A stretch of 64,000 nucleotides of DNA, taken from contig OY970067.1 in NCBI GenBank assembly GCA_963705305.1, forward strand, positions 160,001 to 224,000, given 5' to 3'. A model generated the notes under the pieces. The model was not told the origin of the DNA. It did not search any database and saw only the letters and a list, made by a program, of their open reading frames with translations. Shown here one piece after another: positions 38,391 to 48,814 of the stretch; position 1 is the first letter of the stretch, and every line of letters begins with the position of its first letter. A program made the translations under genes and the position numbers. Source of the stretch: an uncultured Methylomirabilota bacterium (GTDB lineage Bacteria > Methylomirabilota > Methylomirabilia > Methylomirabilales > 2-02-FULL-66-22).

Positions 38391-39383
38391 TCAGCGCGCC
38401 GCGTCGCCCATCCGGTAGTCGTGGGTGAGCGCGTCGAGCTGCGCCTTGAGTGCCGGAGCGAGCTGGACGTCAACCGCGGCGACGCTCGCCTTCAACTGCT
38501 CGGGCCGGCTGGCGCCGATGAGGGGCGCGGTGATCGCCGGGTGGGCCAGCACCCAGGCCACGGCCAGCGTGGCGGGCTCCAGTCCCTGCTCCCCTGCGAG
38601 CTTGACCACCGCCTCCACGGTGTCGAATTCCCGCTCCTTCCAGTAGCGCTGGACGTAGGTTGTGGCGGCGGTGCCCAGCGTGAACCGCGAGCCGGCCGGC
38701 GGCGGCGCGGTGCGCTGGTGCTTGCCGGTGAGGAGCCCGCCGGCAAGGGGGTTGTACGGGATCACCGCGAGCCCCTCCTCCTCGCACAGCGGCAGCAGTT
38801 CGCGCTCGATCTGGCGGAACAGCAGGTTGTAGCGCGGCTGGACGGACACCAGGCGGGTGATCCCCAGCGCCTCGCCCCTGCCCAGCGCCCGCGCGACCCG
38901 GTAGGCCGGGAAATTGGACACGCCGATGTAGCGCGCCTTGCCGCTCTGCACCACGGCGTCGAGGGCTTCCAGCGTCTCGTCGAGCGGCGTCTTGGCATCG
39001 AAGTGGTGTACCTGGTAGAGGTCCACGTAGTCGGTGCCGAGCCGCCTGAGGGAGGCGTCGATTGCCGCCAGCACGTGCTTGCGCGACGTCCCCTGGTCCC
39101 AGGGCGCGGGGCCCATTTGCCCGCTGCATTTCGTCGCCAGGACGAACCGCTCGCGCCTCCCGCGCAGCCACCGGCCCACGATCTCCTCCGTGCGGCCCTT
39201 GGTCTCCAGGGCGCCGCCGAGCGGGTACACGTCCGCCGTGTCAAGGAAGGTGATCCCCCGGTCGGCCGCGGCGTCCAGGATGGCGTGCGAGGTCGACTCG
39301 TCGCACTGCAGTCCGAACGTCATGGTGCCGAGACAGAGGCGGGAAACGTGCAAGCCCGTGCGGCCGAACCGAACGTGTTGCAT
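38391..39383 (-). CDS. Aldo/keto reductase
   Basis: VSRLCLGTMTFG, DTADVY, IGVSN and YNPLAGGLLTGK. Confidence 0.95.
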   Translation of the reverse strand: MQHVRFGRTGLHVSRLCLGTMTFGLQCDESTSHAILDAAADRGITFLDTADVYPLGGALETKGRTEEIVGRWLRGRRERFVLATKCSGQMGPAPWDQGTSRKHVLAAIDASLRRLGTDYVDLYQVHHFDAKTPLDETLEALDAVVQSGKARYIGVSNFPAYRVARALGRGEALGITRLVSVQPRYNLLFRQIERELLPLCEEEGLAVIPYNPLAGGLLTGKHQRTAPPPAGSRFTLGTAATTYVQRYWKEREFDTVEAVVKLAGEQGLEPATLAVAWVLAHPAITAPLIGASRPEQLKASVAAVDVQLAPALKAQLDALTHDYRMGDAAR

Positions 39384-39931
39384 CAGCGTGTGCCTCCCTG
39401 GTCTGTTGTTCTCGCCGGTCCTGGTCGACCGACAGCCGATCCGTCCCATCTCTCCTCCCCCGGCTGCGCAGAGCCGCCGGGAAAGGGGCCGGACGAACCG
39501 CCTGGCCCTATACGGCGCGGAGATTGTATCCGAACCCCAGTGCCGGTGGAAGGGCTTTTCCGCCGAAAGGCCCCGTAGTCTTCACCGCGGTGGTGCCGGG
39601 AGTGTCCGGATGCGACGCCCCGTCCACTGATCGTTGCGTTACCCGCGAAGGTGCTCCGGCTTGTCTGGGGCGTGTGGTGGGGCGGAACCTCGTACACCCG
39701 CTGCGGACGGGCGCCCTCCCGGGCGAGCCGCACTGGGCGGCGGCTCGCCCGGGAGGGCGCCCGGGGAGGCAGGCAGTCCATCAGGCAGGATGCGTTCGCC
39801 TACACAGGAGGGGTCCGGCTTGACACCGTAGAGGGGACCGGGTTCCGGTTTCTGTCCGTGAACCTATGCCGTCGTGGCCACGGCCGCCGAACCGCGCCGG
39901 AAACGGCGGCCCCTCCGTCGCAAAGAACTCT

Positions 39932-40354
39932 TCAGGCGGCGGCTTTGGTTTCCCAAGGCCGCGCGACTGGAGGCTGAACCGCGTCGGTCTCCTGCGCCTT
40001 GCGCACAGACTCTTCCGGCAGAGTGAGGACGATTTCGTAGCGACCCAACTTCATCCGGTTCGCTGCGGAGAAGACCTCGTGCGCTGCCACGAGGGCCTTG
40101 TTCACCGCGCCGGGCCGGACTGCGAGCAGGATCCGGCGGGGACCCCACAGGGGGGCGGTCAGGATGGGCGAAGCGATCGCCCCGAACCGCTCGTAAATCG
40201 CATCGGTCAGCGCGATCTGATGCCGGATCGTCGCTTCATTCCGCTTCCGCCACCAATCGACCAGAACCGTCGGGCCGGCGATTACCAGGCCCAGAATCAG
40301 CAGGAATTGCACAACCTCGATCGCATGAGTGTTCCACCCGAGAGCCGTTTCCAT
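39932..40354 (-). CDS. Hypothetical single-TM protein
   Basis: GGAG RBS; TM segment then QIALTDAIYERFGAIASP. Confidence 0.65.
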   Translation of the reverse strand: METALGWNTHAIEVVQFLLILGLVIAGPTVLVDWWRKRNEATIRHQIALTDAIYERFGAIASPILTAPLWGPRRILLAVRPGAVNKALVAAHEVFSAANRMKLGRYEIVLTLPEESVRKAQETDAVQPPVARPWETKAAA

Positions 40355-40584
40355 ATCGTCTTCTCCATCTTGTCTATCTTGGCGAGAAACCCCGGGAGCG
40401 TTCCTGATCTCCGGGGGTCTTGCGCTCTGTCTTCTCTAGCTCCACCATCCAGTGGGCGCTTCTTCGGGCCTGCCCGCAGGCCCACCGATCATCCCTTCGG
40501 CCCGCGCCCAATTGACTCTCTTCGCCTGCGCGCCCCCCGCTGGGTCGCGCCTGGGCCGCAGTGCTCGCTCGGCTCCCCGAGGCC

Positions 40585-40695
40585 CTAGTGCAGCAGCGCT
40601 TCCCAGGCCATGCCGAGGCGAAGCCCCACGGCGACAATGAACATCAAGGACAGGGTGATCAGCTCAGCCAGTTTCGACTCCCCGTTGTGCCGCAT
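40585..40695 (-). CDS. 36-aa hydrophobic small protein MRHNGESKLAELITLSLMFIVAVGLRLGMAWEALLH
   Basis: Strong AGGAGG RBS about 7 nt upstream; one TM helix; downstream of a sigma54 promoter. Confidence 0.55.
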   Translation of the reverse strand: MRHNGESKLAELITLSLMFIVAVGLRLGMAWEALLH

Positions 40696-40966
40696 GAGAG
40701 ATCCTCCTCTCTTACTTTCTGCCGGAGGCACCGCGCGACCCGTTCGCTCGGGTCCGGCCCCTCCGCTTTCGTCGTGTCTTGCCGGTCGTGCCGCCCGGTC
40801 CGCGAATCGATCAGGCCCGACCTCTGCCGGATCTGCGTACCCGGACCGGACCCCAACCACGCCCCCAGGATGCCGGCAAGCTGTGGTTTGTGGCCCCCCT
40901 GGGGGGAGGGGGCCGGCCGCTTTGTCCCCCATGCTCTTTATGGGGGTGGCTTTCGGCTGTGAAGAT

Positions 40967-40983
40967 TGCAGCACCGATGCCAA
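40967..40983 (-). promoter_or_regulatory. Sigma54 (-24/-12) promoter
   Basis: TTGGCATCGGTGCTGCA (GG-N10-GC); adjacent AT-rich IHF-like tract (CAACAAGTTA) at about 40999-41040. Confidence 0.7.
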
Positions 40984-41105
40984 CTGCCACCGCATCGCTA
41001 ACTTGTTGGAAATATTTAACTGGATATAAAATGGATAGACTGCGAGTGAATTAGGTGTGTATGGATGCGCGGCTGGCTGCGCAATGGTGGACGGAGCGTG
41101 CAGAA

Positions 41106-43214
41106 TTACACGGTGGGCTTTGCGGCAAGCCCGAACCGCTTCAGCCGGGTGTGGAGCTGCGTCCGGGTGATGCCGAGGAGGGCTGCGGCCTGCGTCTTGT
41201 TGCCGCGGGTGGACTCCAGGGCGGCCAGGATGGCGCGCTGCTCCAGGGTGGCGAGGGGCTCGGGGGCCGCCTTCGCCTCTGTCGCCCCCCCATCGGGGAC
41301 GGCCGGTCGCGCCTCTTCTCCCCCACCGAGCCCCAGGTGCCTCGCCGTGAGGAGGCCCCCCTCGGTGATGATGAGCGCGCGCTCGATGGCGTTCTCGAGC
41401 TCCCGGATGTTGCCGGGCCAACGATAGGTGAGGAGGGCGTCCCGGGCGTCGGCGCTGAACCCCGGCTCTCCCTTGCCCAGACGCGCCCCCAGCTCGCGCA
41501 CGAAATGGTGCGCCAAAAGCAGGACGTCCTCCCCCCGCTCACGCAGCGGGGGCAGGTGGATGCTGAAGACGTTCAGGCGGTAGAAGAGATCCTCGCGGAA
41601 CCTCCCCTCCTGGACCGCCCGGTCCAGGTCCTGGTTGGTGGCGGTGAGGAGCCGAATATCCGCCCGCAGGGTGGCGGTCCCCCCCACGCGCTGGAACTCG
41701 TGCTCCTGGAGCACCCGGAGGAGCGCGGCCTGGACGCTGAGCGGCAGCTCGGTGACCTCATCCAGGAAGAGCGTCCCCCCGGCGGCCAGCTCGAAGCGGC
41801 CGAGCCGCTGCTTGTCGGCGCCGGTGAAAGCCCCGCGCTCGTGGCCGAACAGCTCCGACTCCACCAGCGTCTCGGGGAGGGCCGCACAGTTGAGGGCCAC
41901 GAACGGCCCCTCGGCCCGCGGGCTGCTGACGTGGATGGCGCGGGCGACCACCTCCTTCCCGGTCCCGCTCTCGCCGGTGAGGAGCACCGTGGCTTCGGTC
42001 GGCGCCACCTTGGCGGCACGGTCCAGCGCCTCCAGGATGGCGGGGGCCCGGCCGAGAATCCGGTCGAACCCATACTGCTCGCCGAGGGTCTGCCGGAGCG
42101 TGGTGATCCGCGCCTCCAGTTGGCGCGCGCGTCCCTCGACCCGGGCGCGCTGCTCGCGCTCCTCGGCCAGCCGCTGGTGCTGGAGGGCCACCACGACCTG
42201 GGCGGCAATGGCGCCGCCGATCTCGACATCCGTGGAGTCGAACCAGTTGGGCAACTGCTTCCCGAAGAACAGACAGCCGGTCACCTGGTCGCAAGACCGG
42301 AGGGGAAGGAGGAGGCCGGAGCGGTTCCCGTGCTCCAGGATGACCCGATCCCCCGGGCGGCTGGGGTCCAGTTCCGCTCGCGCGTCTCGAATGAGGACCG
42401 CCTCCCCCGCCTCGACCCGGCCGAAGAACGACAGGTGGTCCAGGGGGATCCGGTCCGGGAGGGGCGAGTCGGGATGATCGTTGCCCACCCGCCGGATGAT
42501 CTCCAGGTCCCGCCCGCTTGCTCCCACGAGCGTCACCCCCATGACGTCGAAATCCAGGTGCGGGCGCACGGCCTCCGCCAGCTGGTCGAACCGCCCTTTG
42601 ATGTTCAGGCTGGCGCCGAAGACGCTGGCGAGGTCCGAGAGGGCGGCCAGCCGACGGCGGCGGCGCTGCTCGCGGTGGAGGAGCACGACGTTCTGGATGA
42701 AGGGCGCGATGAGGTCCGCCACGTGCTGCAGCCCCTGCAGGTGCAGGTCGGTGTAGAGCCCCGGGGTATAGCTCGTCGCGGACAGCGTCCCGGTGATCCG
42801 GCCCCCGCACCGCAGGGGGACCGCCAGTCGCGAGCGGAGACCCGCCTGGCGCACCCTCGGCGGCTCGCCTCCCTTTTGGGCGAACCGGGGATCCGCCTGG
42901 ATGTCCTGAACGCGCATGGGTTCCCCTGCCAGCACGGAACTCAGGACTTGCGCATCGGGGTCGTAGTACCCGGCCGGATCGAAGTCAATGGTGTAGTGCC
43001 CCACGTGGACCAGGGGGCCCTGCCGGGCATGCTCGGCGAACACGGAGAGCCGTCCGCCCTCTTCGAGGTGGGCGATCATGAGCCGGTCGTGCGGCATCAA
43101 CCGCTGCACCGGCGCGGAGAACTCCGCCAGGAAGCGCTGAGGATCAAACGTCTCCTGCAGCGAGTGGCCGATCGCCGTCAACGAGGACAGCAGGTCGGCG
43201 AGTCCCGCGTCCAT
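41106..43214 (-). CDS. Sigma54-dependent Fis-family activator with two GAF domains
   Basis: [31 protein letters not shown] and a Fis HTH; two GAF-like N-terminal repeats. Confidence 0.95.
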   Translation of the reverse strand: MDAGLADLLSSLTAIGHSLQETFDPQRFLAEFSAPVQRLMPHDRLMIAHLEEGGRLSVFAEHARQGPLVHVGHYTIDFDPAGYYDPDAQVLSSVLAGEPMRVQDIQADPRFAQKGGEPPRVRQAGLRSRLAVPLRCGGRITGTLSATSYTPGLYTDLHLQGLQHVADLIAPFIQNVVLLHREQRRRRRLAALSDLASVFGASLNIKGRFDQLAEAVRPHLDFDVMGVTLVGASGRDLEIIRRVGNDHPDSPLPDRIPLDHLSFFGRVEAGEAVLIRDARAELDPSRPGDRVILEHGNRSGLLLPLRSCDQVTGCLFFGKQLPNWFDSTDVEIGGAIAAQVVVALQHQRLAEEREQRARVEGRARQLEARITTLRQTLGEQYGFDRILGRAPAILEALDRAAKVAPTEATVLLTGESGTGKEVVARAIHVSSPRAEGPFVALNCAALPETLVESELFGHERGAFTGADKQRLGRFELAAGGTLFLDEVTELPLSVQAALLRVLQEHEFQRVGGTATLRADIRLLTATNQDLDRAVQEGRFREDLFYRLNVFSIHLPPLRERGEDVLLLAHHFVRELGARLGKGEPGFSADARDALLTYRWPGNIRELENAIERALIITEGGLLTARHLGLGGGEEARPAVPDGGATEAKAAPEPLATLEQRAILAALESTRGNKTQAAALLGITRTQLHTRLKRFGLAAKPTV

Positions 43215-43703
43215 TCGACCTCCTGATCGATCCCCCTCATGCTCCACGGACGAACCTCTCGTCGTTCCCGCCAGGCCGTCTCGAACGATCCTGGAGCCCC
43301 ACTCTCGGGGAAGCCCCCGGGAAGCCGGCGCCCCCTGTCACCGCCCCTCTCGGTCGGCGCCTGAAGGACGACCGACGTGATCATAGGGAGGGACCGGCGC
43401 GAAGTCAATTCGCGCATCCGTGGAGAAGCTCTGGACGGGGGGCGGGCTGGCTGCTTGACGCCCCAACCTCCTCGTGCTAGCGTTCGCGCCGACGTTGGAT
43501 CCCCGTCGATCATCCGTTGTTGGATGGGGGTTTCCGGCCCGGGTTCGAGTGGCCCGGGGCTCCGGCGTCCGGGCCCTGGGCCCTGCCAGGCATGCGCAGG
43601 CTCCACCCTCCGATCGGGTGGAGGCAGTCTGGTGGTGAGCGCGCGGCGCCGCGCTCTGTTGTGTTCGTCAAGGGAGGTCAGCCATCCTCCCGAGGAGGTC
43701 TCC

Positions 43704-44168
43704 ATGCCGAAGAAGCCGACCCCGGCCGATGCCGAACTGATCCTCAAGCTCTACGATCTGCGCCGCGAGGCGGAGATCCGCAAGGCGCGCAACTGGTGGC
43801 TGGTGAGTTTCTGGCCCGAGAACGCCGACGACTTCATGAAGGTCGTCCAGGCGATGGGCACGCAGGAAAACAACTGGCTGCGCCAGGTGATCGGCTACTG
43901 GGACCTGGCCGCGTCCCTCGTCCTGCACGGCACCCTGAACGAGACACTCTTCCTGGAGCCGGCCTTCAGCGGCGAGATGTTCCTTATCTTCGCCAAGCTC
44001 CGTCCCTTCCTGAAGGACGTGCGTGAGAAGATGCAGAACCCGCGCCTACTGGCAAACGTCGAGGCCGTCATCAAGAAGTCCAAGGCCAGCCAGGAGCGGT
44101 TGAAGTTCGTCGAGCAGCGCGTCGCCGCCCGGCGCCAGCAGATGAAGGAGGTTGCCGCCCGGGCGTAG
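43704..44168 (+). CDS. Conserved hypothetical protein (DUF4760-like)
   Basis: DAELILKLYDLRRE...RKARNW...RQVIGYWD; GAGGAGG RBS. Confidence 0.8.
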   Translation: MPKKPTPADAELILKLYDLRREAEIRKARNWWLVSFWPENADDFMKVVQAMGTQENNWLRQVIGYWDLAASLVLHGTLNETLFLEPAFSGEMFLIFAKLRPFLKDVREKMQNPRLLANVEAVIKKSKASQERLKFVEQRVAARRQQMKEVAARA

Positions 44169-44563
44169 CCGCCCGTCGGCACGGACCGCGCGTCTTTCTT
44201 CCGTTTCCAAGGCCGCCGGGTGCGCCACCCGGCGGCCTCACCCTGTCGTGCCCCCCTGCTCCCGGAACGCTGGGGGTGTAGAGACGGGGGCAGCCAGCCC
44301 GGCACGAAAAGAGCAATTCTTGTCAAAAGGTCCCCTTGTATATCCGGGAATTCGGCTCGGAGTACGCTGATTCGGGCGTTTTTGAGCGTGCGACCCGGGG
44401 GCACGTCTGGTTCCTCGAAAAGCTGGGCTCGGGTCACCTGGAGGCGAGCCCGATCGGCGTGAGAGCTCGGGCGACAGCCATTTTCTTAGCGGGCAGATTG
44501 AGGCCATTCGGGCAGCAACGTGCCCCCTCGCCAGCCTGTCGGATGGCGAGGGGGCGACGCGGA

Positions 44564-45922
44564 CTACGCACCATAGACTCGCCGCAGCTGGTCGGCACCC
44601 CAGTTGATTGCGGCAGTGGCATCGCCGGATTGCACGGCGCGGGCAAAGGTATCGATGATGAGGTACTTCGAGTAGACGAGCGACGCCTTGTCATTGGCCG
44701 GTCCCGCGTAGCCGAGGTCGCGGCCGTATTTCGAAATCTCGCGGAACACCGACATCTTCGGATCCTTGTCCCACATCGGGTCCTTGGCGAGCTTGATGAC
44801 GGGTTGGATCTGATAGCCTTCCTGCAGCCGCCACCACGCCACGTACTGCTCATCCTGGAACCACCACCGCAAGAACTCCTTGGCGGCGGGGATGTTCTTC
44901 GAGCTCTTGAGGATGGCAAACGTCCGGGTACCCAGCCAGTAGAACCGGCCGGTCGGCCCCTTCGGGATCAGCATGTGGTTCATGTCGTTCGCAATGGCCG
45001 GTTGGTCTCTCTTCGCGACATAATAGATGCTCGAGCCGTTCTGGGTCGCGGCGATCTGCCCCGCCAGGAAGGCCCGATTGTTGCTGCTGTCGTCCCAGGA
45101 GGTGCCGGTCTCGTCGTAGCCGTCCTTCCAGGCCTGAATGAATCGCTTCATCCCGTCCACGAACTCCGGCTTGTTGAAGAGGACGGTCTTCCCCTCCTTG
45201 TCCACCTCCATGGCCCCGTGGCTCCACATGTAGGGATAGCAGAAGTTCGTGGGGTCCCCGGTGCTGTGGCCCAACGCCTGCCCGAAGGGGTGCCCGGCCG
45301 CTTTGCACTTCTTGGCCACGGCGTGATATTCCTCCCAGGTCATGTCCAGCTTCCGGCCGTCTTCGGCGTTGGCCACACCGGCGTCCTTGAACCAGCTGAT
45401 CCGATAATTCATGGTGGTATTGGATTGTCCGTGGGGAATGCCGAGGTACCGACCGCTGACGCGGGCCGAATTCAAGACGTAGGCCTCGAAACCGCCGTTT
45501 CGCTTGCCGAATTCCTCGGCCTCGGTAGTGAGATCCACGAGGCTGTCTCGGTACAGGAAATTCCAGGAGGGCCACAGTTCCACGATGTCTACGCCGCCGG
45601 TCTGGACGGCGACGGCGATCTTTGGCTGCAGATCGGGCCAGTTCAGGAAATCGGCCGCGACCTCGACGCCCTGGGCTTTGCCCCATTCGACGGCTTGCCG
45701 CTTGTACAGATCCTGAGCCGCAGCGAGGAAGTACGTCCCTTGGAGAATGGTGAGCTTGGTCCCCCGAATCGCAGCCGGCGCTTGGCCGAAGCTTGTGCGC
45801 GGGGAGACACTCGAAGTCGCGACGCCCAGGCCGGCGAGTCCGGCCGTCTTGAGCAGTTGCCGCCGCGTCATGCCTGTGCGTGGCCCCTGATTGGCCGTGG
45901 GTTTCCGGTGTCCCAACATCAT
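44564..45922 (-). CDS. Orphan carbohydrate ABC substrate-binding protein with Tat signal
   Basis: MTRRQLLK Tat motif, WDDSSNNRAFLAGQI and SIYYVAK. Confidence 0.88.
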   Translation of the reverse strand: MMLGHRKPTANQGPRTGMTRRQLLKTAGLAGLGVATSSVSPRTSFGQAPAAIRGTKLTILQGTYFLAAAQDLYKRQAVEWGKAQGVEVAADFLNWPDLQPKIAVAVQTGGVDIVELWPSWNFLYRDSLVDLTTEAEEFGKRNGGFEAYVLNSARVSGRYLGIPHGQSNTTMNYRISWFKDAGVANAEDGRKLDMTWEEYHAVAKKCKAAGHPFGQALGHSTGDPTNFCYPYMWSHGAMEVDKEGKTVLFNKPEFVDGMKRFIQAWKDGYDETGTSWDDSSNNRAFLAGQIAATQNGSSIYYVAKRDQPAIANDMNHMLIPKGPTGRFYWLGTRTFAILKSSKNIPAAKEFLRWWFQDEQYVAWWRLQEGYQIQPVIKLAKDPMWDKDPKMSVFREISKYGRDLGYAGPANDKASLVYSKYLIIDTFARAVQSGDATAAINWGADQLRRVYGA

Positions 45923-46137
45923 GTTATCCTCCTCTTAGGTGCCCCGTGGTGGATGAGTGACGCTCCATGTGCACGTTTCCGGTACGTGAATTCAGGATAC
46001 CCCGTGTCAATTGGGCTTCCCTGCCGGTGCATCCGCAGCGCCGGCCGAGGGCAGCCCGCCGGCCATGGCCCGACACACCGGACAGAGCAGCCCCAATCAT
46101 CTCTTCATCGCGCACCTCCGTTTCTGGACGGCCCGCA

Positions 46138-47487
46138 TCAATTTCGGCTCACTTGCGTGGGCGGTATCACGGCTTCCTGGAGCTGCCGCAGATGATAGAG
46201 CATCGTGTCGGTCTTGAGCTGCACCATGTCGTATGTGATCACCTGGTCCCGCTTGGCGGGCTTGACGAGCTTGGCCCCGTCGAGCAGTCCGAGTGGCACG
46301 CACCCTTCCTGCTTCGCGATGCAGGCCAGGTCATTTACACCATAGAGGGTAAACCCGCCGCCGCCATCGAGGGTGGTGCCGGGGGCAAGGGCGGATTTGG
46401 CGGCCCCCAGCACCTCGGCCAGGAGTCCGTGATGGGGCACGACGGTCGGCTCCTTGTCCTCGACCGCCCAGACGATCGAGAGGGGAATTTCGTTTGTGAC
46501 GAGATGGTAGGGGGTATGGAACGTGTAGTACTCGCCGGTATGGACCACGTCGAAGTACCCGAGGTCCTGCTGAATCTGGGGATGCGCGGCCCGGACGACC
46601 ACAAAAACGCCGGGCGTCACGCTGCGCAGGAAATCGATTGAACCGTCCGCGTGCTTCAGCGGGCGCGCATAGTCCACTACCCCGCGGTTCTTGAGGATGC
46701 CGCCCTCCTTTTTCAGGCGGAAGAAATTGGCCATCTCGTAGATGCCCGCCTGTGGACCGTGCATCCCCCGCACGTCGGGGATCAGGCCGGTCGCGTTGGC
46801 AATGCACGACATTTCGATCGCCGTCTTGGTGGCGTCGCGAAAGGTCACCAGGAAATGGGGGTTGACCTTGAGCTGCTTGGCCTCTTCGGCGAGCGTCTCC
46901 GGCGTGCAGTACAGGTCCATCTTGCCCAGGCTGGCAGGGGTCTTGCCTACCGCCACGATTTCGAACCCCAGCCCACCCCAGCGGTCCACCAGCTCCGTAA
47001 TCAGCCCTGGCTCATCGCCGCTCGACACGGAGTACACGACGCCGGCGGCTTGCGCCATCTGATGGAGGATCGGGCCGATCACGACGTCGGACTCGACGTT
47101 CAACATGATGATGTGTTTGCGGCCCTGAATACAGCGATACGCCACCGCCGCCCCGACTTCTGGCACGCCGGTGCCTTCTACGACGCAGTCCACCTCGAGC
47201 GCGGGCATCAGGTTGCAGTCCCGGGTCACGACCGGCCTCCCGCCTCGGAGGGCGTCGTTGATCGTCCCCACATCTTCTGAAAACACGATGTCGTCGCGCT
47301 TATACCCGTTGATCTCGTAGGCCCGGACGGCGGCCTCTGGCCGGACATCACAGATTACGGCATTGCTCATCCCCTTCATCTGGGCCGTCTGGCAGATGGC
47401 CCCCGTAATCATGCGGCCTGCACCGACCCAGCCAACCTTGATCGGATTCCCTGCCGATTCTCGTTTCAAGAGCTTGCGCGAAATCAT
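46138..47487 (-). CDS. NAD(P)-dependent oxidoreductase with C-terminal SAF domain (homoserine-dehydrogenase-like)
   Basis: VGAGRM, MLNVESD, GDEPG, IANATGL, TPYHL and LDGGGG. Confidence 0.88.
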   Translation of the reverse strand: MISRKLLKRESAGNPIKVGWVGAGRMITGAICQTAQMKGMSNAVICDVRPEAAVRAYEINGYKRDDIVFSEDVGTINDALRGGRPVVTRDCNLMPALEVDCVVEGTGVPEVGAAVAYRCIQGRKHIIMLNVESDVVIGPILHQMAQAAGVVYSVSSGDEPGLITELVDRWGGLGFEIVAVGKTPASLGKMDLYCTPETLAEEAKQLKVNPHFLVTFRDATKTAIEMSCIANATGLIPDVRGMHGPQAGIYEMANFFRLKKEGGILKNRGVVDYARPLKHADGSIDFLRSVTPGVFVVVRAAHPQIQQDLGYFDVVHTGEYYTFHTPYHLVTNEIPLSIVWAVEDKEPTVVPHHGLLAEVLGAAKSALAPGTTLDGGGGFTLYGVNDLACIAKQEGCVPLGLLDGAKLVKPAKRDQVITYDMVQLKTDTMLYHLRQLQEAVIPPTQVSRN

Positions 47488-48311
47488 GACTCCTCCTCTG
47501 TGCCTTCAAAGGGGTATGGGCGCGTGACGGGCTGCGCCCTCTTGGTGCGTCTTGAGAGACGGGGGTTGGTCGGCCGGGACCGGCTTCCATTCCGAGGCCC
47601 CTCTGGAATTTTCGCCTGGTGCTCCTCGGCGTCCGCTTGGCCAGCCAACCGCTCACGCGATCGGCGGAGATGGACCCGCATCGCCGCCTCACTCGCGTCG
47701 GGGTCTCGCTTCCGGAGGGCGGCCAAAATACTCCAGTGCTCCCTGACCGTCTCGGCCGGGGGGCGCGCAAGACCCATTTGATAGGTAAAGATCATGAGGT
47801 TGACCGACTCCATGGCGTGCGTAAGGTAGGCGTTGTCGGCCAACGCGAGCAACCGGAGATGGAAAGCGCGGTCCTCTTCGATATACCGCTCCAATGCCCG
47901 TCCATGTGGAGTCAGATCGAGGGACCGGAACTTCGCGGCAATCCGATCCACCTCGTCCCGGCTGATGCGGGTGGCGGAGCGCCGGGCCGCCAGTCCTTCA
48001 AGCATTTCCCGGACCTCGAAAAGAAGGGCAAGCTCCCGGGTCGTGAATTGCTTGACGTAGACCCCTCGTCGGAGCACCCACTCAACGACGCGCTCCTGCC
48101 GCAGGCGCTTGAGCGCATTTACCACAGGCGTGCGGCTGACACCGAGGTTCCGGGCAATACGATCCATGTTGATCCGCTCACCGGGCAGGATGCGCCGCTC
48201 GGCGATCATCAACCGGATACGCGTGTAGATCGTGTCGTCCAGATTCTCGCGTTCGATGAACTGATCCAGGGGGTTGGGCGGGGAACTCGCGGGGGCACTC
48301 ACGAGCGGCAC
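47484..48311 (-). CDS. GntR-family regulator (FCD type)
   Basis: IARNLGVSRTPVVNAL, EVREMLEG, FH and EHWSILAAL. Confidence 0.93.
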   Translation of the reverse strand: MPLVSAPASSPPNPLDQFIERENLDDTIYTRIRLMIAERRILPGERINMDRIARNLGVSRTPVVNALKRLRQERVVEWVLRRGVYVKQFTTRELALLFEVREMLEGLAARRSATRISRDEVDRIAAKFRSLDLTPHGRALERYIEEDRAFHLRLLALADNAYLTHAMESVNLMIFTYQMGLARPPAETVREHWSILAALRKRDPDASEAAMRVHLRRSRERLAGQADAEEHQAKIPEGPRNGSRSRPTNPRLSRRTKRAQPVTRPYPFEGTEEES

Positions 48312-48394
48312 ATGTCGAGAGAGGTCTGTAACATCTCCGCACGTCGGAACATGACCGTCTCCCTGTGAAAGGTCACATTACCCAATTCTATCCC

Positions 48395-48417
48395 ATATTA
48401 AATTTTAAATTTAATAT
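48395..48417. promoter_or_regulatory. Perfect AT-only inverted repeat, likely GntR operator
   Basis: ATATTAAATT-TTA-AATTTAATAT; a minus-strand TTGACA at 48434-48439 lies 16 nt from it. Confidence 0.65.
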
Positions 48418-48459
48418 CAAAAGACGGTTAGGATGTCAAGCCCAATCCGACCCAATACT

Positions 48460-48710
48460 CGACGGCCGGTCCGCCTCGAAGTTGCGGATTCGGCCGTCGC
48501 GTGGTTCTCTCACACCACAGGGGAGGTCCTCACGGGGAACCCGTTCGCGCCTGTCAGATCTTGCGAAAGCTTGTCGTTAGCCCCGTCGTCATGGAACCGC
48601 TCTGGAGGTGCATGGATACGACCGGAAGGGCGAGCGAGACGTCGGCGCAGTCCTGGAAGGGGAGAAACAAATACCTTTGGTCCCGGGGATCGGGCCAACA
48701 ATGTACTGAG
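48460..48710 (+). pseudogene. Possible decayed C-terminus of a large serine recombinase
   Basis: Frameshifted pieces EVLTGNP / RACQILRKLVVSPVVMEPL / EVHGYDRKG...GAVLEG; resemblance from memory only. Confidence 0.35.
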
Positions 48711-48814
48711 CCGTCCGGCCTGCCACCGGGAGGCCCCCGCCGGCGCACCCCCCGCCGCCGGAGCACCAGGAGTCTCTGGATGCAATGTTCCCTTTTCCTG
48801 ATGTGGATATGCCC

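Noticed and set aside
43500..43560. GGTTCGAGT T-loop-like motif with a nearby hairpin
   Set aside because: I could not build an acceptor stem, D-arm or CCA end, so it is not a tRNA.
44300..44316. GGCACG-N4-GAGCA sigma54-like site on the plus strand
   Set aside because: Poor -12 element and no downstream gene on that strand.
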